Positions 13,491-28,707 are shown, numbered from the stretch's first letter. The stretch: 64,000 nt of DNA from Marsupella aquatica (GCA_973895155.1 OZ316894.1:1053968-1117967), one strand, 5' to 3'. Numbers and translations: made by a program. Notes: generated by a model not told the origin, from the letters alone.

Positions 13491-15194
13491 ATGACGCTGT
13501 TTCTATGCTACTAGGTACGCCAGCATTCCAAGGCGGATCATTCCCTATCTAGGATGGTTTGATTGGGTCTGAGGGCCTTGACTGACAGCTTCAAAAGAGT
13601 TTTATATTTCATGTGTCAGTATTATATTAAGGCTTTGGTAAGGATAGCTGAGTATTCTCTTTTGAGCACCTTGTTGGTATTGTCAAAGCATCATCCCACC
13701 CTCCCTCCACTCAAAATAAGAATAATTGGGTCTGCCGCAATCTCAACAGTCCATGATTTTATTTTTTTAAGTTTTGTATGGGAGTTGAACTGGCAATTGC
13801 ATCAAGGGCGTAGGAGGGAAGATATGTGGGACCTACTTAATATATTAAATGATGGAAAGCTTTAGATCTTTTTTGATGGACATCCATCAGATCTTCAAAA
13901 ATATGACAAATTAAACTATGACCAAGAGGTTTTTTTTTGTAGATTTTGCTTAAACTACAAGTCCTAGTATAAGAGCCTCCAGATGGCTCCGGATTAGCTC
14001 CGGGTTGATGTGTACACTGACTTTGCTTGCATGTATGAATGCTTACAGACATAAAGGGTACACAACTGATTTTCAATAACATCCTCTTACAATCTCTATA
14101 TATATTATATGTCTTATGGCCAACTGGAGAACGGGCTACCCAGCCTGTTACAAAGCTCTGTACTCTTTGTCAATGTCTCAATGGGAGAATGCATGTTCAT
14201 CAAAGCTCTGTTTTCTCTGCCCAGTGGAAGAACCAAGCCTAGGCGCCCTTTTTACATTGATTGACAAACAGTTCCTATTGACTCTACCACCCTTGACAAC
14301 CTCCCTAACCAATGACTGTCAAGGGGGAACTACAACACCTCTTGTAGAGGTTCAGTCATTGAAGTTGCTATATGGTGAATCCAACTCTCATGTTTTGTCT
14401 TATTCATATTTGTGTATCATGAATTTTTATTTGAATGTACCTTAACAAAGGGCATCCTTTGTATCACATAGACTTTTAATTCATTTTTGGACCCCTTTAA
14501 ATTTTTGGTATTTTATAGTGTTTTGAATTTATTTTGGCAGTCTCCTTTAATTTGTATAATTTGTAAACTTTGTTAAGTCCTAGAGAGAAACTAAGGGTTT
14601 CATTTTCTACCGCTTTTAAGTATACTCATGAGTGAGAGGAATTGATTGAATCGTCGATACTGCAACCAAGGGTTCATCTTCTTGATCAATGAGAAAGGTG
14701 ACTTAACAATCGAACGAGAGGCATCTCCCTTGAGTTTCCGCCATTAGTCAAAGAAGTCCCACACAGATATGAGCCGATATGAGCCATGTGAAACACAGAA
14801 AATGCAAAACCTCTGCGGCAAGCAACAAAAGAACCCATCGAATGCTTTGTGATTTCGTATGCGACCTACCTTTCTGGGTCTGGGATTGGTCTCGGCATAG
14901 TGGATGTGGAGGCGATTGACCATGGGAAATAATGCAGAGGAAATTAATGATGCCTTTCTACCTGAAAGCGAAGAAAGGGTTGAATTCTGTGCACCAACAC
15001 ATTACTCGTCTTTCGATGGCTAAAAGCTCTAATTCAGTTTTCTTTCAATTATACACAATTTCCGAAGTCACGAGTCGGGTCACCAATGCGAGAAGAATAG
15101 CGGAAGGAGCTCGTCAGGGAAATGAAGATGAGTAAGTTCCAATGTGAAGCTTCGGCGAAGGAATCAGCGTAGGAATTTCTTCTGTCCTCCAATA

Positions 15195-15600
15195 TCAAAT
15201 GGTTGAAGGATCTGAGGTGCCCACAAGAACAGGCAAGGTATGCAACTTACACATTCTGCAAAATGAGGAAGCTTCAGTAGTCAGGAGCCGAAAGAATTGA
15301 AGCATCATCCGCAATAGATCACACCGTGTAACTTCCAGGTCGCTTAAGACTCCGAATTCCCCAAAGGATACGGGCAGAGCACACGATGTCTGCACTAATG
15401 CGACTGGGATGGCCGAAGGTGTCAGGTAGAGTACGCGACTGTGAGCATCCACCAAACGCGAGTTCCTCGAATCGAGGAAGAAGACCGAAGAATTCGGGAA
15501 GACTTGAACGAGTCACTTTGAACACGTGCCCTCGGGATTTGGGTAGGAAACGATTTACTCAAAGGAACCAAACCGAAGATGCTCTAATCCGCCTAGGTAT
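15195..15600 (-). pseudogene. Degenerate intracellular (NLR-type) LRR fragment
   Basis: SLPEFFGLLPRFEELAFGGCSQSRTLPDTFG, ALPVSFGEFGVLSDLEVTRCDLLRMML and CKLHTLP are spread over several frames. Confidence 0.6.
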
Positions 15601-16585
15601 CCTTTCAGGGGCATCAGGTGACAGTCCAGCACTACTGCCTCGACCTCAATGAAAAATTATGGGCAATGCTAACTAGATGTCCCACTTCAGGCTGAGCTCA
15701 CTAAAGTCGAGCGGATCCACAACAACACAACAAGCTGTCGGTGGACAGCTCCTTCTAAAACACAGGTTCCGTTCTCTATCATCAAAGAAAAATAGGAAAA
15801 GATTTTACGTCCATTCAGGCGGAGTCCAGACTGTAACCTTGCTGAGATTCCCGTGAGGCATCTCGGAAATCTCTCTCCATATATTCACTCCACTCCGCAG
15901 AATACAATGATGTGGAGGCGCAAGGAAATAAGCTCGACAGAGGATGCAGAATAGCTTCGCAATTCTCACTGTATGCACCGAGATCTGTGATTTGTAGACT
16001 TTAATCCTATCTGCGACATACTACTTAAACGACTCTGTCAACAGCGAGGTTCCCCCCAACCAATTCACGTTCCAGTGAAGAAAAAAGCTGGTACCCTTGG
16101 AATGCCAATTCGGTGAAAGAGTCGAAATTGTTCTTTCGCAAGAAGAGCAAGAACAAACGCACTATCATATCAAAATTCCAACGTGTAGAGAGCTGCAAGC
16201 ATTGTATACACCAGGACTTAACCAAATCACAGATACGTAGAATTGCAAGTTCTGCCAGCGTAAAGTTGGAAACATACAAGTGAAGAACAAGATACGATTA
16301 CTCCGAAGGTATGAATCCATTGTCGTTCACAAAGACATAAATTCATCTCAGGAAAAAACCCTCCGACCGCCTTAAATGAAACCCTAGGGTCTACCTTTAC
16401 GATCAAGCATCTAAGTGTCATCACAATCAATCTCCGCCCCAGAAACAGTCGACGAACGCCAGGCTTTCCGGCTAAAACTTCAAGTGATGAATAAACGGTC
16501 TCGTGTAAGGCGTTTGCTGCACTTGCCGCAGAAACTACAGAAACTAGAACTTCCTCGAGCCATAAACTGTGAAACTACAGAATCC

Positions 16586-17026
16586 CTAAGCAGTGAGGAC
16601 CACAGCGCCGCCGGCCTCCTTGATCTTCTTCTCCGCGAGCTTGGAGAAGAACTTAGCCTTCACCACAAGAGGTTGCGACGGAAGATCACCTTTCCCGAGC
16701 ACCTTGAAGAACCCATGCTGCGTGACGTCCAACAGAGGCGCCGCCGACTCGCCGCTAGCCTTCTCTCTCGCAGTCTCGGGCACCAGCGACCAGAGCTTGT
16801 CCACGTTGATTAGAGGGCAGTAGAATTTGTTCATGGTCTTGTGGAAATACCTCATTCCGACCTTTCCGAAGTATCCCGGATGATACTTGTCGAAGAGAAT
16901 TCGGTGGTGGTGCAGTCCTCCAGCGTTTCCTCGTCCTCCAGGATGCTTCCTGTGTTTCCCGATTCTTCCGTGCCCCGCGCTCACATGACCTCTCTTTTTC
17001 CTGTTCTTCTTCAGCCTGGTCGTCAT
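16586..17026 (-). CDS. RPL27A: 60S ribosomal protein L27a (uL15), intronless
   Basis: [62 protein letters not shown]...[13 protein letters not shown], full length at 146 aa. Confidence 0.98.
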   Translation of the reverse strand: MTTRLKKNRKKRGHVSAGHGRIGKHRKHPGGRGNAGGLHHHRILFDKYHPGYFGKVGMRYFHKTMNKFYCPLINVDKLWSLVPETAREKASGESAAPLLDVTQHGFFKVLGKGDLPSQPLVVKAKFFSKLAEKKIKEAGGAVVLTA

Positions 17027-17188
17027 CGCTCCTGCCTGATGATGCTGCTGCTAATCGACCGAATTGTCCCGCAGGCGCTTCGATCGATCGAGCTCGAAGC
17101 CGAGATCGAAAAGTAGAGCTTCGACCCTCTACTCGAAGGAAGAGGAGAGACAGTGAGAAAGGAGTCTCAATGTGGAGACCGCAGACTT

Positions 17189-17226
17189 TAGGGTTTTCGC
17201 AACGACAGTTTACGTTTTTAGGGTTT
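17189..17226 (-). promoter_or_regulatory. Two telo-boxes (AAACCCTA) upstream of RPL27A
   Basis: TAGGGTTT at 17189-17196 and 17219-17226; telo-boxes are typical of plant ribosomal-protein promoters. Confidence 0.6.
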
Positions 17227-19727
17227 ACGCTGGACATTTCATGTGTCCAGTCCCGATCATCCATTTCCTCTCGACGCGATGCAATCTCGGCCGTTTGGTT
17301 TTCTTTCTTGCAATGAAATGAAATGAAATGAATTTTTATTCAAAGGACAAAGTACCCAAAACGAACGTCCAGGGACCAAAATAAGATACGGGGAGAAGGG
17401 TTTTCAGAGCTTAATAAGGCACCATCATAGAGCTATGAATAATGGCCTGAATGCCTGAGTTTTGCTCATAAATAAATAGTGGGTATCATGACCACCCTTC
17501 TCATTCCACCCCAACCTCAGTTTTTTGCCCTGGAGTCACTGCTTCACTGGAGACTATTACTTACTTAGATATTTCACTTTTTGATTGTGTTTTATTTAGA
17601 GACAACACAGACTGATTCATGTTTTTTCTTTGGCCTGCAGGACTGCATGCTTGGAGGTAGATGTAGTGCCACAACCTCAACCAGGGGTCCCAGCTACAGT
17701 CCTCTTTCTTTGGTAGATCTCTTCACCCACTTCACAATGCACCTGGTAGCTCATTGAGATCATCTGTGAATTTCAATCAGGTTACAACCTATTGCCCGTG
17801 GACGGTATATAACAAAAGTGCCATAAAAATGGCATGTCGGGACCACCCCCTCAGGGTGCAACTCAAGTTGGAATCCGACCAGCCTCCCCTATGCTTTGTT
17901 TGAATGCACCAGCGCTCTTGTGCTACTAGCTCTCCATCCCTTAGCCAAAATGGAATAGCATGGATCTCAATTGATCCCCGTGGACTGATGGTTTGTGAGG
18001 GTTTTTAGAACATATATTCTCCTTATGAATGTCCTTCCCTGGGGAGCTGTCACCCCTACTCCATGTTTGTCCCTTATTTTTGGTATGCAACTCGTATCTA
18101 GTTAAGGCCATAACTTCTGGCCTGTGATGCTCTTTGTGATGTTACACATAGCATCGCATAGAGGTCAATTGGGAGCTCATGATGGTGTTACCAGCAACCA
18201 TTCATGACCACCTTTCTTAAGGGGCCTTCTTGGACTTGGGGGTATCATGGTGGGTCCGCAACAGTGGAAGTCTCAACACGAAAGGGCAAAACCTTACACT
18301 GGCCATGATCTCTGTAATGGGGGCTTTACAAGAGGAAAATTAATGAGGGTTGGTGTGAGCATGCATGGCCAAGGTCTCTTTGCTCAATTGAGACTTAGGG
18401 TTGAATATAAGACAGTGCAGTACTCTACAAGAATCCAGCCATAGGTCCACCTCCTTTTAAACCTCTAGAAGCTTGTGCACTCAGAACCCATTCTAGTCTT
18501 GTGGCTTGTTAGATGTAGACCTGTGTGTAGACCATATCCATTAATAAGATCTTTACCCAGTCTCCCTGATGAAGGTTTCCCCCTCATAACCTAAAATAAT
18601 GTTAGTCATCCTCTCCGTACACATCCCGGTACACATTCCTAGACATACAGCCGCTCCCATGAGGGGTTTACTTAGTATATCTTTTAACTTGTTGTACTAC
18701 ATGCAATCCAAGCCTAATCAAAGTACCTAGTTCATTTTCCCCAGCAACTCAGGAAACTTTACTCCTTTGTGTGTGTGGTGGAGTGCTTGAAAATGACCTC
18801 TTTTGTTTCAAAAATTTAGTTTTTCAAACCAACAGATCCTCCTAACTTGCAAAATACAGCAAATCAATCACAACTTATCAATAATAAATGTAAGCTTCAA
18901 GATTGAAGTAAATAAGGTGTACAATATGGGAAGCATTGCTTGGTCTACAAAAGAAGCAATTCCCCTTCATTTTTTTACCTTCAATCTCAATTTTTTTGTG
19001 CTTCCATTATTTCCTCAACCCCACAACCTACTAACAGCCAAGCTGTCAATGAGGCGATTGACAAATTAAGTTAGAGAACAAAGAGGAGTTTCCACTGAAA
19101 AGTAGACTTGGAAAAATGAGAGTCACTTCACTTGCAACATTGCTTCTTGGTCATTCAATCCCAAAGCTACTAAGTGGGCAAGCACAACTCATCATCTCAA
19201 TTCAATAAGGAGTAGTGACCAACATGTAGATTCAATAAGCCACCTTGTGTGTTTCAGTTTGATGAGTAGGGCCTTAAACTAATTTCTTCTAAAGTCCCAC
19301 CATTTGAATCAATCAGCAGACTGTGGATGCAATAGTGTGTGTTGCACTAAAGAGAGTGAATGCAGAAACCAATTAATGAAAGAGCTGAAGTGAGGGGTGC
19401 CATGGAGAAAGTTGAAGCATACAAATTGGCCGGAAGGCTAATGTGGAGAAGACAACAGTAGGGAACCCCAGAGTGGAGAGGACTTGACAAAAAAACATTA
19501 TTTTCTATTATTGTAGTTGACGAAAGAGAGCAAGGAAGCAACTGAGTGAGCAGGTAGAAAAACAAAGCCATGTAGAATGTTTTGAGAGATATGACATGTG
19601 TGTGATTTTCTTGAAAACTATCCATGAAAAAGTCAGAACTTAAAAATAATATTAGCTGTAGTGTGATGTAATTTTGGCCTCAAAAGGAAGGTTTTACTGT
19701 ACAGCTGTTTGTGTTAGCAAGTTAGAA

Positions 19728-19898
19728 ACATCTCACAAATCTACACACTTAGTCTCTCCACCTTCTAGCTTCTAACTCCTAGCTCTTGTTCATATCAACC
19801 TGGAGTGGAGTCAGCAAGAGACATCTCACAATTCTACACACTCAGTCTCTCCACCTTCTGGCTTCTACTGCCTAGATCTTGTTCATACTAAACTGGAG
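19728..19898. repeat. Tandem duplication, unit about 93 bp
   Basis: acatctcaca.tctacacact.agtctctccaccttct.gcttcta...cctag.tcttgttcata occurs twice. Confidence 0.8.
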
Positions 19899-22053
19899 CT
19901 CTTCCATGCTCCTCAATGCATACACTAATCTCCCACAAATACTTTGCCCTCCCAAGCATCCCCTTTTGGGACATTGCACTTCAGCTTTGTCCCCACAGTA
20001 TCACTAATATCATACTATAAAATCATCGCTCTTGGAAAATTAACACTTCCTCCTGATCTACCCAAAACCCTAATAGCTCCCTAATCGGGGCCCTAATTCA
20101 AAGGAGTCTCACATGGCATTGCCCTTTGAGAAAATGGCCAATATCTGAGATGTGTTGGGATGATAGTTAAGACAGTTTGCAAGGCAAAGGAATAGGAAGT
20201 CCTTTAGGCAACACTGAAGATGGCCAGACTGGAGAGGACACTAAGTTATCCCTAAATTATTGAGAGACTTCACTTGTGATACTTTGCTTTGTGTGCTCAA
20301 TGTGGAAGGTGGCAACTGTTCTATTCAACACATTTGGTTGAACCTGGTTTCATGGGATAACACATGGCTGAGAACCACTGGGGAGTAGGGGGACTGAATG
20401 GCTGCTATTTTAAGGTCAAATCACATGAGAAATGGCCCTGACTGTACTACTCTAGTTTGATTTTTTCTTTTTATACAGATGTGGGTACCCTAAGTGGGGA
20501 GGGAAGACCCTAGCCCTCACCCAACGTATGAGCTACACCAAAAACACATATGGTAAGTGTAATACCTAGCCACCCCAAAGGTAGAAAGAGCTGGCCAAGA
20601 GACCTTCTAGGGCTGAAGCGTGAGGTACATCCTGGAATCTACTTGAGCCATGGAAGGGGAGGCACCATACTTGACCCTAACCCAGGCATACATAGCTTAG
20701 TGGAGCTCTGCCTGCAGGGCCCAAGTTGGTGGCTCTAAACCTGCTTATAGTTGGCCCCACCTGCACTGGGCTCTACCTTCTTGACCCTAAGAGGACCCCC
20801 ACCAGTGATTGCATTTGGTGGACAACACTTGTTGCATCTAGCCACGTACAGACAATCTCATGGGCAGTGTTGAAGCAAAATGGCACTAGTGTGCTTAATA
20901 TGTAGTCACAAAACAGAAGAACCCAAAAACAAAATTGAGGTAATACATCTGTCACAAGTTTTGTACTTGTCACTAGATGTGTTCTACCAAACCTACCCCA
21001 AATCAGAATATAGTTGCCTACACTGTTTGTAATTACCATTTCTATGGACTGCCCAGCCAGATTTGTGATTTGGGACTTATTGTTGATGATGAGAGGGCCA
21101 ATTACGAATTGAACTCAAGAAAAATTGAGCACCAGAAGAGCCATTTGACACAAATTTCTGGATTCCTCTCGTGCTCGAGATCTTGATCATGACGCAGTGT
21201 GTCCCATCTTCTTTGAAAAAGTGTCACCCTTGATTTTTGATTGATTTTCCTTAGGGGCTACATTATGCTCCAAATAGTTTTCTAGATAAACACAATTAGA
21301 ATTACCATGATGTTACTATCAGCCAGTAGTGTTAGTCCATATTTAACATTTGTACCTTGAATTGAAACCCAGCAGCTAAAATTTTGGGTTACACAAATAG
21401 TGCAACAAAGACCAATTACTCTGAGATTACCAGACTTGATGATCTAGCCCACAATTTTAGTCACTTGTGGAGGTGCTCTAAACTGGCACCTTGACTTTTT
21501 AAGGGATGAGGTTTAAATGATAGGTATAATCGTATGGCACTGTTCTTTTCCTTTATCGGTGATGAACTACGGTAAAACCCATAGAATTGGAGCTTGTTGT
21601 CAAAAGCCACCAATTCGGGGTTTAGGGGTTTAGTGGTAGATGCGGGAAGAAATCTCGGAGGGGCTTTTAATTTGAGACGAGACCTGTTTCCGTCTGGAGG
21701 TGTCGAGAAACATTCGGTCTGTTTGCGCGTTGCTTCTCTATTCTGGAAGGGCATCACTCTCCAGTCCAGAAGCCAGAGAAGGTCCTTCGAAACCCACTCT
21801 TGTGATCTCTTCTTCGTGATCTCTTCATCCTGTTAGAGTTACTGAATTATGGGTTCCAGAAGTCAATCCGCTTATGACAGCACCCCATGTTGGATATTTG
21901 AAGCCCTATCCTCCTGCTTCTGCTTGAGTACCTCAATTTTGTGAGCAGCAGATTGTTCACTCCTCCACGGGTTGGACACACTAAGTGCATTCTGTCGAGA
22001 CCCTCCAGCACGAGGTTGGACGCAAGGCGGGGGCGGTCCAGCGAGGAGGCAAA

Positions 22054-25000
22054 ATGGCATCCTCAGAGGCTGATGAACACACTCGCCCTTCAGTGGACGA
22101 AGAAGAGCCGCCAACCAAACAGCTGAAATTATGTGTGGAAGATTACCAAATTTCGTCGTCAAATTTTGGAGGAATAGACGCTTACTCACTAACCATGCAA
22201 AGTGCCACAGAAGATACCGATGGAGTTCTCATTCCAGATCATTCTGTGGCCACCTTGGACAATGTGCTACTGGAAGATGGCAGCAATTTAGTACCTACCC
22301 TAAATTTTGAGGATGCCCAGGTCGCCTCAATGGAAGGCTCAAAGACTGAGGAGCTCAGCAATTCTGGAATGCTAGTGGCTCAGCTTACAGAATTGGACGC
22401 ATCCTCAATGGTCATTGATACTGAGAATGTGGGTATTGTAGATGTGGGTATCCCCGAAACTGAGGAAGCGGGAGTTCATACGGCTGAGAATGAACTTACC
22501 ACGAATGGATCCGCCCACGAGGTTTCAGAGGGGAATGCTGCAAATGTATCGCATGCCCCAGTTACTACTGCTACAGGAGTGCCCACAGCTCAAACCGTTG
22601 GCCTGCCCTTGGATTTAGGCGCAGGAACGAGTGCAGTACAGAGAACGAAAACGAGCTTGTGTTCATATTTTCGCAAAAAGGGTTGCAGGCATGGAGCGGC
22701 TTGTAGGTATGCGCATGGTGAAGAGGAGCTCAAGCCGAGGCCTGATGGATCCTGGGACCCCACGTCAGAACGTGCCAAGGCTCTTCTCGTGCAGAAGTCT
22801 GCTGCTTCTCCTGCTATTGATTCTGCTGCTGCTGATCCCAACCTTGCAGAGGAAGTACATGCTGCTCCGGTAAAGGCCCTCGCTAGGGAGGGGACGGAGG
22901 ACTCCACTGTCAACCCTTTGAGCAAGTGCATTATACATGTGCCGAGGGGTTGGAGCGTGGACCAATTCAAGAAATTTCTGACAGAGAATGTATGCTTCTT
23001 CAGCTCCTGCCCTTACGACATATTTGCTTCTCTCGAATGTAATACTAAATTCACGGATTAATGTGGGCTACTTTGGGGTCGAATTGAAGCCCTTCAGCCA
23101 GTTGTGTATGGCTACCATCGTCTAATTTTAAGCCTTGTTTGTTCTAAAAATTCGTGTTTCGTCACAATTTCTTCTAAATTTCGCTCATATTTTAATTTGC
23201 AAAGTCTTGTTTCTCTATGAAGGAAATTCTCCCTTCTGATGTGCATGTGCCTCCCGGTATTCTATGTCAACAATCTCCGTCTTTAGCTGTTCTGCAAGTT
23301 TACTGCTTCCTTCTGCTGTTCTCTACCTTCAGTGATTCTCATCTCCAAGACTCAGCTGGTTTTGATTCCAGAGTATTTCATACACAACTGCGAAGAAAAG
23401 GAAGGGTATGAGTGTGGCATTCGTGGGGTTCAAGACTCTGGAAGATGTACTGACAGCCACAGAGGTATGATATCTTTCAAAGGTTTGGAAAGGTCCAATT
23501 GGGTTCGAAGTGAAATTCGCGCTAAATAAATCCCAAATCATGGTTTGCTCCATCAACGGCTGCAACCAAAACTACACCGTAGTTTTGATAAAAGTTGCCG
23601 TTGAAAAGTTGTGGACATAATATAGGGTTTGGCTTCCATATCTACATGGTTTGAAATCTGTGATGACAGGTCTTGGGGTATGGTATATTTTCAAGTCTGA
23701 GGTGTTTCGTGATCGTGGTTCATGTCTTTGTGATGAATGTTGGTTTGGGTGGGAAGGCAGGTACTGGATGGAAAGTCTGTAAACAAGAAGCAATTGAAGG
23801 TAGCAGAGTCTCGTTCCCGGTCATGGGAGAAAGATACCACAACCGGCTTGTCAGATGTGACTAAGGATGCTGCCCAGGATGGCGGAGCGGAAGCAATCAA
23901 TGATCCAGGGCTCAATGGCAACGGTTCTGATGATGAAGAAGTTGGAGATTTAGAACTCGCTGCAATAAGCCGGGAGGGGGCCGCCGGTGAAATACGAAAT
24001 GTGCGTGATGCAGTCACTCCGCTTGCTGATAAGCCATATGAGGAGCAGCTCGGTATCAAGAGGGATAGCATTGTACAAGTACTCAAAAGACTGGTATGTC
24101 GTGTACATGCTACAGACTTTCCATCAGATGAAAAGTATTTAAGACTCCGGTTCAGGCAATGTGCTTCGCTGTTCAGAGCAGATTCTGATTCAGTCCTTGC
24201 CCTTTGAAAAACCGTTTCCCACCCTCGTTTTTACTTGCTGTTGACGTAAAAGCACGCTCAAGTTTTCCATTTATGAATTGGTTTACAAAGCATATGTCCA
24301 GCAATAATCATACACTTTTGGTGCAGGTCCGCAATACAAGAAAGGGTATCTCTTCTGGAGGTCTTCTTCCAGACTGGATTTCATCTGCTAAAGACAAAGG
24401 TAAGTCTAGTAATCTGTCATCATCCGGATCGAGCATGTCAACAAAGTTGTATTCTGTCTCAATTTTGTCAAGGAGCCTCTTAACAAATCAAATTTTGAAA
24501 CTGTCAGGTGGACTGCCTTGTGCCATGGAAGGCGTCCTAGCATCACCGCTCATTGATGGATACCGGAACAAGTGTGAATTCAGTATTGGCTGCACTGCTG
24601 ATGGAGACAGGGTGGTGGGTTTCCAAGTGGGATCATTCCGGTAAGGTGTCTTCACCATGCATGACAAATTCTTTGCATGGCTGTTTGTTCTGGGTGACCG
24701 TCACAAAAGCATAGCCGGTAGTCAAATATATATAGCTCCATATAACTCAAATCACAATTTGAATCACTAATGCTAGAAAGTTCTTGGTTAAACAGGGAGG
24801 GCATGCTTGCAGTTGCAGAACCAACAGATTGTCGAAATGTCTCAACGATTGCGCGAACATTTGCTGCAGTTTTTCAGGATTTTGTGCGACAATCCGAGCT
24901 ACCTGTTTGGAACAAGAAAAACAACTCTGGATTCTGGCGTCTACTAATTGTAAGCCAATGTACAGTTAATCATTAGTTTGAGTGCTGGTTACTCATTTCA

Positions 25001-27303
25001 GAAAATTGCCCAATCCATTTTGAAGGTCTTTCTTTCACAATGAATTGTCTCTTGTTTGTTGTAGGTTCGTGAAGGTCGAGCTGCAAGGGTTGGGGATAAT
25101 TCTCGTGGAGATGTTTTTGCCATCGCTGAAGTGATGCTGGTGGTGCAGGTATGCACCTTGTTTCTCTGTACAGTCTTGGTCTGTCTCAATTTAACATGGT
25201 CATGCCTGCTCATCGATTGCGTGAAATATTTGCAGGTGTGTCCGAATGGGATTGAGGAGGAAAGAAGAACCGTGGAATATGTGAAGATGGCTGACTTTCT
25301 GGTGAAGTCAGCAAAGTCCGCTTCACCACCTCTCCCCCTCACTGCTCTTCTTGTACAGGTCCGGTTCCCAACTTTTGATCCATATTGTTTCGAGATTGTT
25401 TCAAAACCATTGTTTGCCTGCTCCTGAGGTTACACTCATCCATTTTCATCTTTCAGGACCACTTGGGTATTTCAAATGTAGCATCTCCAGATGCGCCTTT
25501 GCACCCTCTTCCAGTTCAAAAGTTAGATGACGCTGAAGATACTGCAAAGGAATATATACACGACTACATCAACAAATTGCAATTTCGTATTTCTCCTACA
25601 GCTTTTTTCCAGGTGTGCTATGCTCTCGGTCTATGCATATATGTTCTTCACCGAAGCCCGAAAATCCAGCCCAATGTGATTTCGAATTTGGAGATTTCAT
25701 TGTTTTTCGTCAGTTATGACATGTGCAAATTTCTGCTGAAGTGCTAAAGACGGTGTGGCATTTGGCAGGTCAATACACTGGCTGCTGAGAGACTCTACAG
25801 TCTTGCAGGGGATTGGGCTGGACTCACACCAGATACACTACTATTTGATGTGTGCTGCGGGACTGGGACAATAGGGCTGACACTAGCCCATCGGGTTGGA
25901 CTGGTACCACAAACTGAGACCTGTATGATATTTGTAGTTATGAGAATGAATCTCTTGGGACATTGGAGTTTATTGGAGACCGGACTTTCCAATTTCTTCT
26001 TATGTTCTAGAAAGTTGCCCAAAGTGTCTATGGAGGGCGGTGGTTCTCACAAGTGCCGCTGTGATGGTTTGGTTTAGGTGGTGGGGATTGAGATGAATGG
26101 ATCTGCTGTAGCTGACGCACAAAAGAACGCCGAAATCAATAATATCACAAATTGTAGATTCGTGTGTAGTAAGGTGAGTTCCCCACATGTCCGGCGCTGC
26201 AATTGCAGTAAGGTTGGTTGAAGTGCTTTTGGTTAGCAAATTCTGTCAAACTCGATGTACTAGAGTGGAAGATTGTCATTGGTCTCCATTTTCAAGAATA
26301 TGATGCTCAAGTTTCACTCTCTAGAAGCATTTCGAAGTGTTTTTATCTAACATTTCGCTCATTTACGACATTGAAAATTGGCCACATTGTTCGTTGTTTT
26401 TGCCAGGCAGAGGATGTCATGGATAGTTTGCTGAAGGAGTATTTGGCAGATGAGGAATCTCATGCTCCCGAGAGTGGTGATCAAGCAAGGCCAATAAGCG
26501 TAGATGACGAGGGTGACCGGATTCAACCGGTTGAGATGAAGGAGAGTTCTATATCTCAACCTCTGGAGAGCAGAAGTGATGCTGTTGGGTCCGAGGAAGT
26601 TTTTTATTCGGGATCTAATGCTGAATGTGAGCCGACAAAAACAGGTACTACAGATGAGCAGAAAGAGAAAACACCACCAAGGCGAAAATTTAAAAATATT
26701 GTTGCGATTGTGGATCCGCCTCGAGTTGGTCTCCATCCTGTGGTAAGCAAGACGATGGCTTCATGTGCCCCCGACATCGCAATCTTTTGAGATAGTGATC
26801 AGGCTAGCTTCATAAGATTAATGTTGGATGGCTTATTAAAACTGTTCTCTGTTTGCAGGTTCTAAAGACTCTTAGACTCCATACACAACTGCGTCGTCTA
26901 GTGTGAGTCCCTCACATCTCTTCCCTTGGATTGATGGTTTCCGTTTCATGGACTGGTTTTGGATATTTCGTGGTTGTAATGGTCATTCTGTTAAGTTGCT
27001 GCATTTATCTTCTCACAGTCATTGGGATGTGTCTACTTCAGGTATATATCTTGCAATCCCCAGAGTTTATTAGCTAATGCAGTGGAGCTGTGCACTCCGT
27101 TAAATGTCGATCCAAATGCGGAGAAAGGAAAGGGGGGGTGGCGGGGAAGAGCCAACTGGAAAGGGATGAGCAATGTTGGTCAAGCTCGCCAAAGGGTTAA
27201 GAAAATGCCCCCATCTGAACCTTTCAGGCCTGTTAAGGCTGTTGCTGTGGATTTATTTCCGCACACAGTCCACTGTGAGATGGTGATGCTCTTCGAGAGA
27301 TAA
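22054..27303 (+). CDS. TRM2: CCCH zinc-finger tRNA (uracil-5-)-methyltransferase, TRM2A/C3H24-like, multi-exon
   Basis: KTSLCSYFRKKGCRHGAACRYAHG finger, then VTPLADKPYEEQL, YRNKCEFSIG, FRISPTAFFQ|VN, DVCCGTGTIG, IVDPPRVGLH, YISCNP and DLFPHTVHCEMVMLFER* in order across GT-AG introns. Confidence 0.93.
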
Positions 27304-27944
27304 TAACTTGGGACATTTTGGACATTCTGGGACTCCGCTTGCGGCTCTACTTCGGCAGTGAGGAAAAGCATACTTCGTTCTCTGCCATACTCTGTATCAG
27401 AAGCTCAATGAAATCCTGTCCATTTTCCTAACTTAATTACAGTCTGTTGAATAAGTTTAATGCGATTTTGAATGTGGCGCCACCTTGTATCCTCGCAATT
27501 GTCTTGCAAGGAATATTTATTTTTTGACAACTCTTGTGTCTGATGGCATTTTTGTAATATGGATCACCAAATGCTCAGTCTGGAAGACAGCAAACTAATT
27601 CACAGAACGCATGGAGATGCTCAAAACGTTGACAAACACCGAGTGCTGTTAGTCACATCTACTAGGATCGCAAGGATCAAGCAAATTAAACATTCTTCTC
27701 ACGAGTTAGCTTGGCATCAAGCCGACTCCCCAGTGACGGACTGTACCAGAACGTTAGAAGAAAAGAAGACGTTCCTGAGAAGTTGGGACTAGGAAGGGTA
27801 AGATTTAGCTTCTATCAATAGAAGAAGGATTTGGTTGGAAACCAGTCCGTGTTCAGAAATCTTTTCAGAGCATTACAATTACAATCTGGACTGGATGACA
27901 GTAAGAGCGGGAAGAAGTCAAATTTGGAAGTCTACTTTTGACGT

Positions 27945-28297
27945 TGCCACCCAGGGGCCGCACTCTGAAGACATACCCTTCTTAAATCACCACTAGCCAT
28001 GACAAAAATCTGGTTCCACCAGGTAAATCACCACTAGCCATGAATCACCACTAGCCATGACAAAAACCTGGTTTGTGGTGAAGGTTTCACCATAAATAGT
28101 ATGATTTTCTGGATATGTGGAATATCATTTTCTGGATATGTGGAAATCTGGTTCCACCAGGTAAATCACTACTAGCCATGACAAAAACCTGGTTTCACCA
28201 TAAATAATATCATTTTTGGATATGGGGAGCAATATGGGGTTGCCACCTAGGGGTCGCACTTCAAAGGCATTTCCTTTCTTAAACCACCACTAGCCAT
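27945..28297. repeat. Complex local tandem repeat
   Basis: Several copies of (a)atcaccactagccatgacaaaaa.ctgg, tttctggatatgtggaa and ttgccacc.agggg.cgcact. Confidence 0.7.
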
Positions 28298-28707
28298 ATG
28301 CAACCATATTTTTCCTCCTATCATCTGTTTATGAAATGACATTTGAGGCTGGAATCAGCTCTGGTCGTTGGATGAAGGGTGTTTTTCTTCTAGATCACTA
28401 GATCTCTCCACAGGGCAGCTAAGAAAGATCTAAAAACATTTGAAAATGCACAAGAAGCCCACTGTTGGATCCAAATAATGATCAACATAATTATGCAATT
28501 GAGCAATAGCTAACAAAGGTGATAGTGGCGATGCAAGACATTGGATCCTCCATTTTGACGGATGAGATTAGAATTAAAAAATTAATGGCAATAGTGTGCA
28601 CTGTAAGGCAACGGTAGTTTAAATTCATGGGGTGATCTTTCCGGGTTACCATTGTGCCATTTCTGTGCTATTGACATACATAAACCTCTTAAGTCCCGTC
28701 TTAAGTT

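Noticed and set aside
16415-17264. ORFs overlapping RPL27A
   Set aside because: Shadow frames of a GC-rich, highly conserved gene.
17500-21400. Possible decayed LINE or other TE relics
   Set aside because: No RT, endonuclease or terminal structure could be read convincingly.
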